This document shows positions 63,118 through 64,000 of a stretch of 64,000 nucleotides of DNA, in pieces. The notes under the pieces were generated by a model. It did no database searches and was not told the DNA's origin. It worked only from the letters and a program-made list of their open reading frames with translations. The position numbers and the translations under genes are program-made. Location: the IMG/VR virus record IMGVR_UViG_3300030108_004965, positions 1 through 64,000 of that record; one strand, 5' to 3'. How positions within the stretch are numbered: the stretch's first letter is position 1; each line of letters begins with the position of its first letter. The DNA is from a virus.

Positions 63118-63437
63118 GCCTTTGTCATTAGTTTCGACGCCGGGCCATCGGGAGTTAGTTTAGAAGTCACAATCTCAGGTAGGTTGAAATTATCAACAAA
63201 AGATTTGAGTTCCCCAAATGCCTTCTTGTAATCAGGCTCCATAACAACTTCGGTTTTTCCACCGTGACCGTGAATTGCATGAACTTCACCAATTGAATCA
63301 TAAACAGTTACACTAGGGTGTTCGCTTAGCCAAGTAACTGCTACTTTACCATTATCAAACACGAAGCCTTGAGCGACCCTTCCTGTGCCACTAATTCCGC
63401 TTTCATCTTCAGTTCTGTTTAAGTAAAAAATTTTCAT
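63114..63437 (-). CDS. Conserved phage hypothetical protein (start revised from 63551 to ATG 63437)
   Basis: FYLNRTEDESGISGTGRVAQG..F.NG.V...W...S...Y.S......IHGHGGKT pattern, which I recall from diverse phages. AGGAG SD precedes ATG 63437, and the extension to 63551 overlaps the next gene. Confidence 0.7.
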   Translation of the reverse strand: MKIFYLNRTEDESGISGTGRVAQGFVFDNGKVAVTWLSEHPSVTVYDSIGEVHAIHGHGGKTEVVMEPDYKKAFGELKSFVDNFNLPEIVTSKLTPDGPASKLMTKA

Positions 63438-63450
63438 TGTGTTTGTTCTC

Positions 63451-63891
63451 CTAGATCCATTCATAATCATCATCATCACTGGATTCTTCTTCGATCTCTT
63501 TTTCTTTTGTGCTTTCATCTTTAATCCTGTTAACTTCGCTTGGTGTTTCAATTTTTATTTCTTCCAATCCTCTAAATTCAGTTACTATCACAAGGTGCCT
63601 ACTCGAAATAAATTTTAAAACCTCCGTAAAAATTTCCAACACATCTTCAACATATGGAATCAAATATAATGTAGACTCTGATACTCTTAATTCCATGGCC
63701 AGAACCATATCTTTGTTTTCAATTTCAATGACTCTATCCCCTCTTAAATAGGCTGATAAATCTGTTTTATCCTCGAAATACTCTAGCATTTTCAAAACAT
63801 AGTGCTGTTCTTCTTCCATAGATTCTAGGTTCAGATTTATACCATGCAAAAAAATGTTAGCAATACCAGATGAAAAGTAATCACTACTCAT
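63451..63891 (-). CDS. Hypothetical protein with acidic C-terminus (146 aa)
   Basis: GAGGT SD; ends EEESSDDDDYEWI. Confidence 0.6.
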   Translation of the reverse strand: MSSDYFSSGIANIFLHGINLNLESMEEEQHYVLKMLEYFEDKTDLSAYLRGDRVIEIENKDMVLAMELRVSESTLYLIPYVEDVLEIFTEVLKFISSRHLVIVTEFRGLEEIKIETPSEVNRIKDESTKEKEIEEESSDDDDYEWI

Positions 63892-64000
63892 TTTTAACCT
63901 CTAAATTGTTGATAATGTTCTCAATTATTTCTTTAGTTTTCTCAGGACCTTCTGTTGTGTAGGCCTGATTGAGGCAAGCATTATAAATCTCATAATCATT
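63884..64000 (-). CDS. 3' end of a partial upstream gene
   Basis: Open frame from the window edge ...NDYEIYNACLNQAYTTEGPEKTKEIIENIINNLEVKNE* (TAG at 63886-63884), overlapping the next ATG. Confidence 0.6.
   Translation of the reverse strand, partial: NDYEIYNACLNQAYTTEGPEKTKEIIENIINNLEVKNE

Noticed and set aside
63438-63551. N-terminal extension of the 63114-63551 ORF
   Set aside because: It overlaps the upstream gene in another frame; the AGGAG SD supports ATG 63437.
1577-63751. The many short plus-strand ORFs and nested minus-strand alternative-frame ORFs in the track
   Set aside because: All overlap longer, motif-bearing minus-strand genes, have no recognisable motifs, and conflict with the uniform strand polarity.
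1-64000. Alternative genetic code (stop-codon reassignment, known in some large phages)
   Set aside because: Standard code 11 gives long intact ORFs with near-complete coverage; TAA, TAG and TGA all act as stops at coupled junctions.
1-64000. tRNA, rRNA, DGR, integrase or transposase
   Set aside because: The largest intergenic gaps are under 80 nt and are occupied by promoter or UTR elements; no reverse transcriptase, recombinase or cloverleaf was seen.

Overview
Gene-dense, AT-rich 64-kb segment of a large tailed (myovirus-like, probably jumbo and marine-type) bacteriophage genome. Every credible gene is on the minus strand, and most are joined by overlapping or abutting stop/start codons. 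In transcription order (right to left): (1) 64.0-53.9 kb, accessory genes (HNH nuclease, cytidylyltransferase, a 1361-aa acidic putative internal head protein, PIN-PhoH, fatty-acid-hydroxylase-family protein, HExxH peptidase, Cas4/RecB-like exonuclease, Hsp20); (2) 53.8-34.2 kb, a ~20-kb glycosylation island of 24 genes behind a consensus sigma70 promoter, with glycosyltransferases and enzymes for rare sugars (a Campylobacter-like heptose-modification set, an E1-type 3-dehydrase, a 3-C-methyltransferase, and a half-size DegT aminotransferase with a GNAT); (3) 34.2-32.4 kb, small genes including a phage sigma factor; (4) 32.4-0 kb, a virion baseplate/tail module (lysozyme-bearing hub, HxH spike, gp25, gp6-like wedge, DNRLRE and LamG proteins, several giant ORFans, some with protamine-like Arg/Lys tracts). 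Candidate regulatory elements are two near-identical sigma70 promoters, a recurring CTA(T/A)TTA putative late-promoter motif, and a ROSE-like RNA thermometer upstream of hsp20. No tRNA, rRNA, CRISPR array, integrase or transposase was seen. All family assignments come from motif recognition by eye; no database searches were run.
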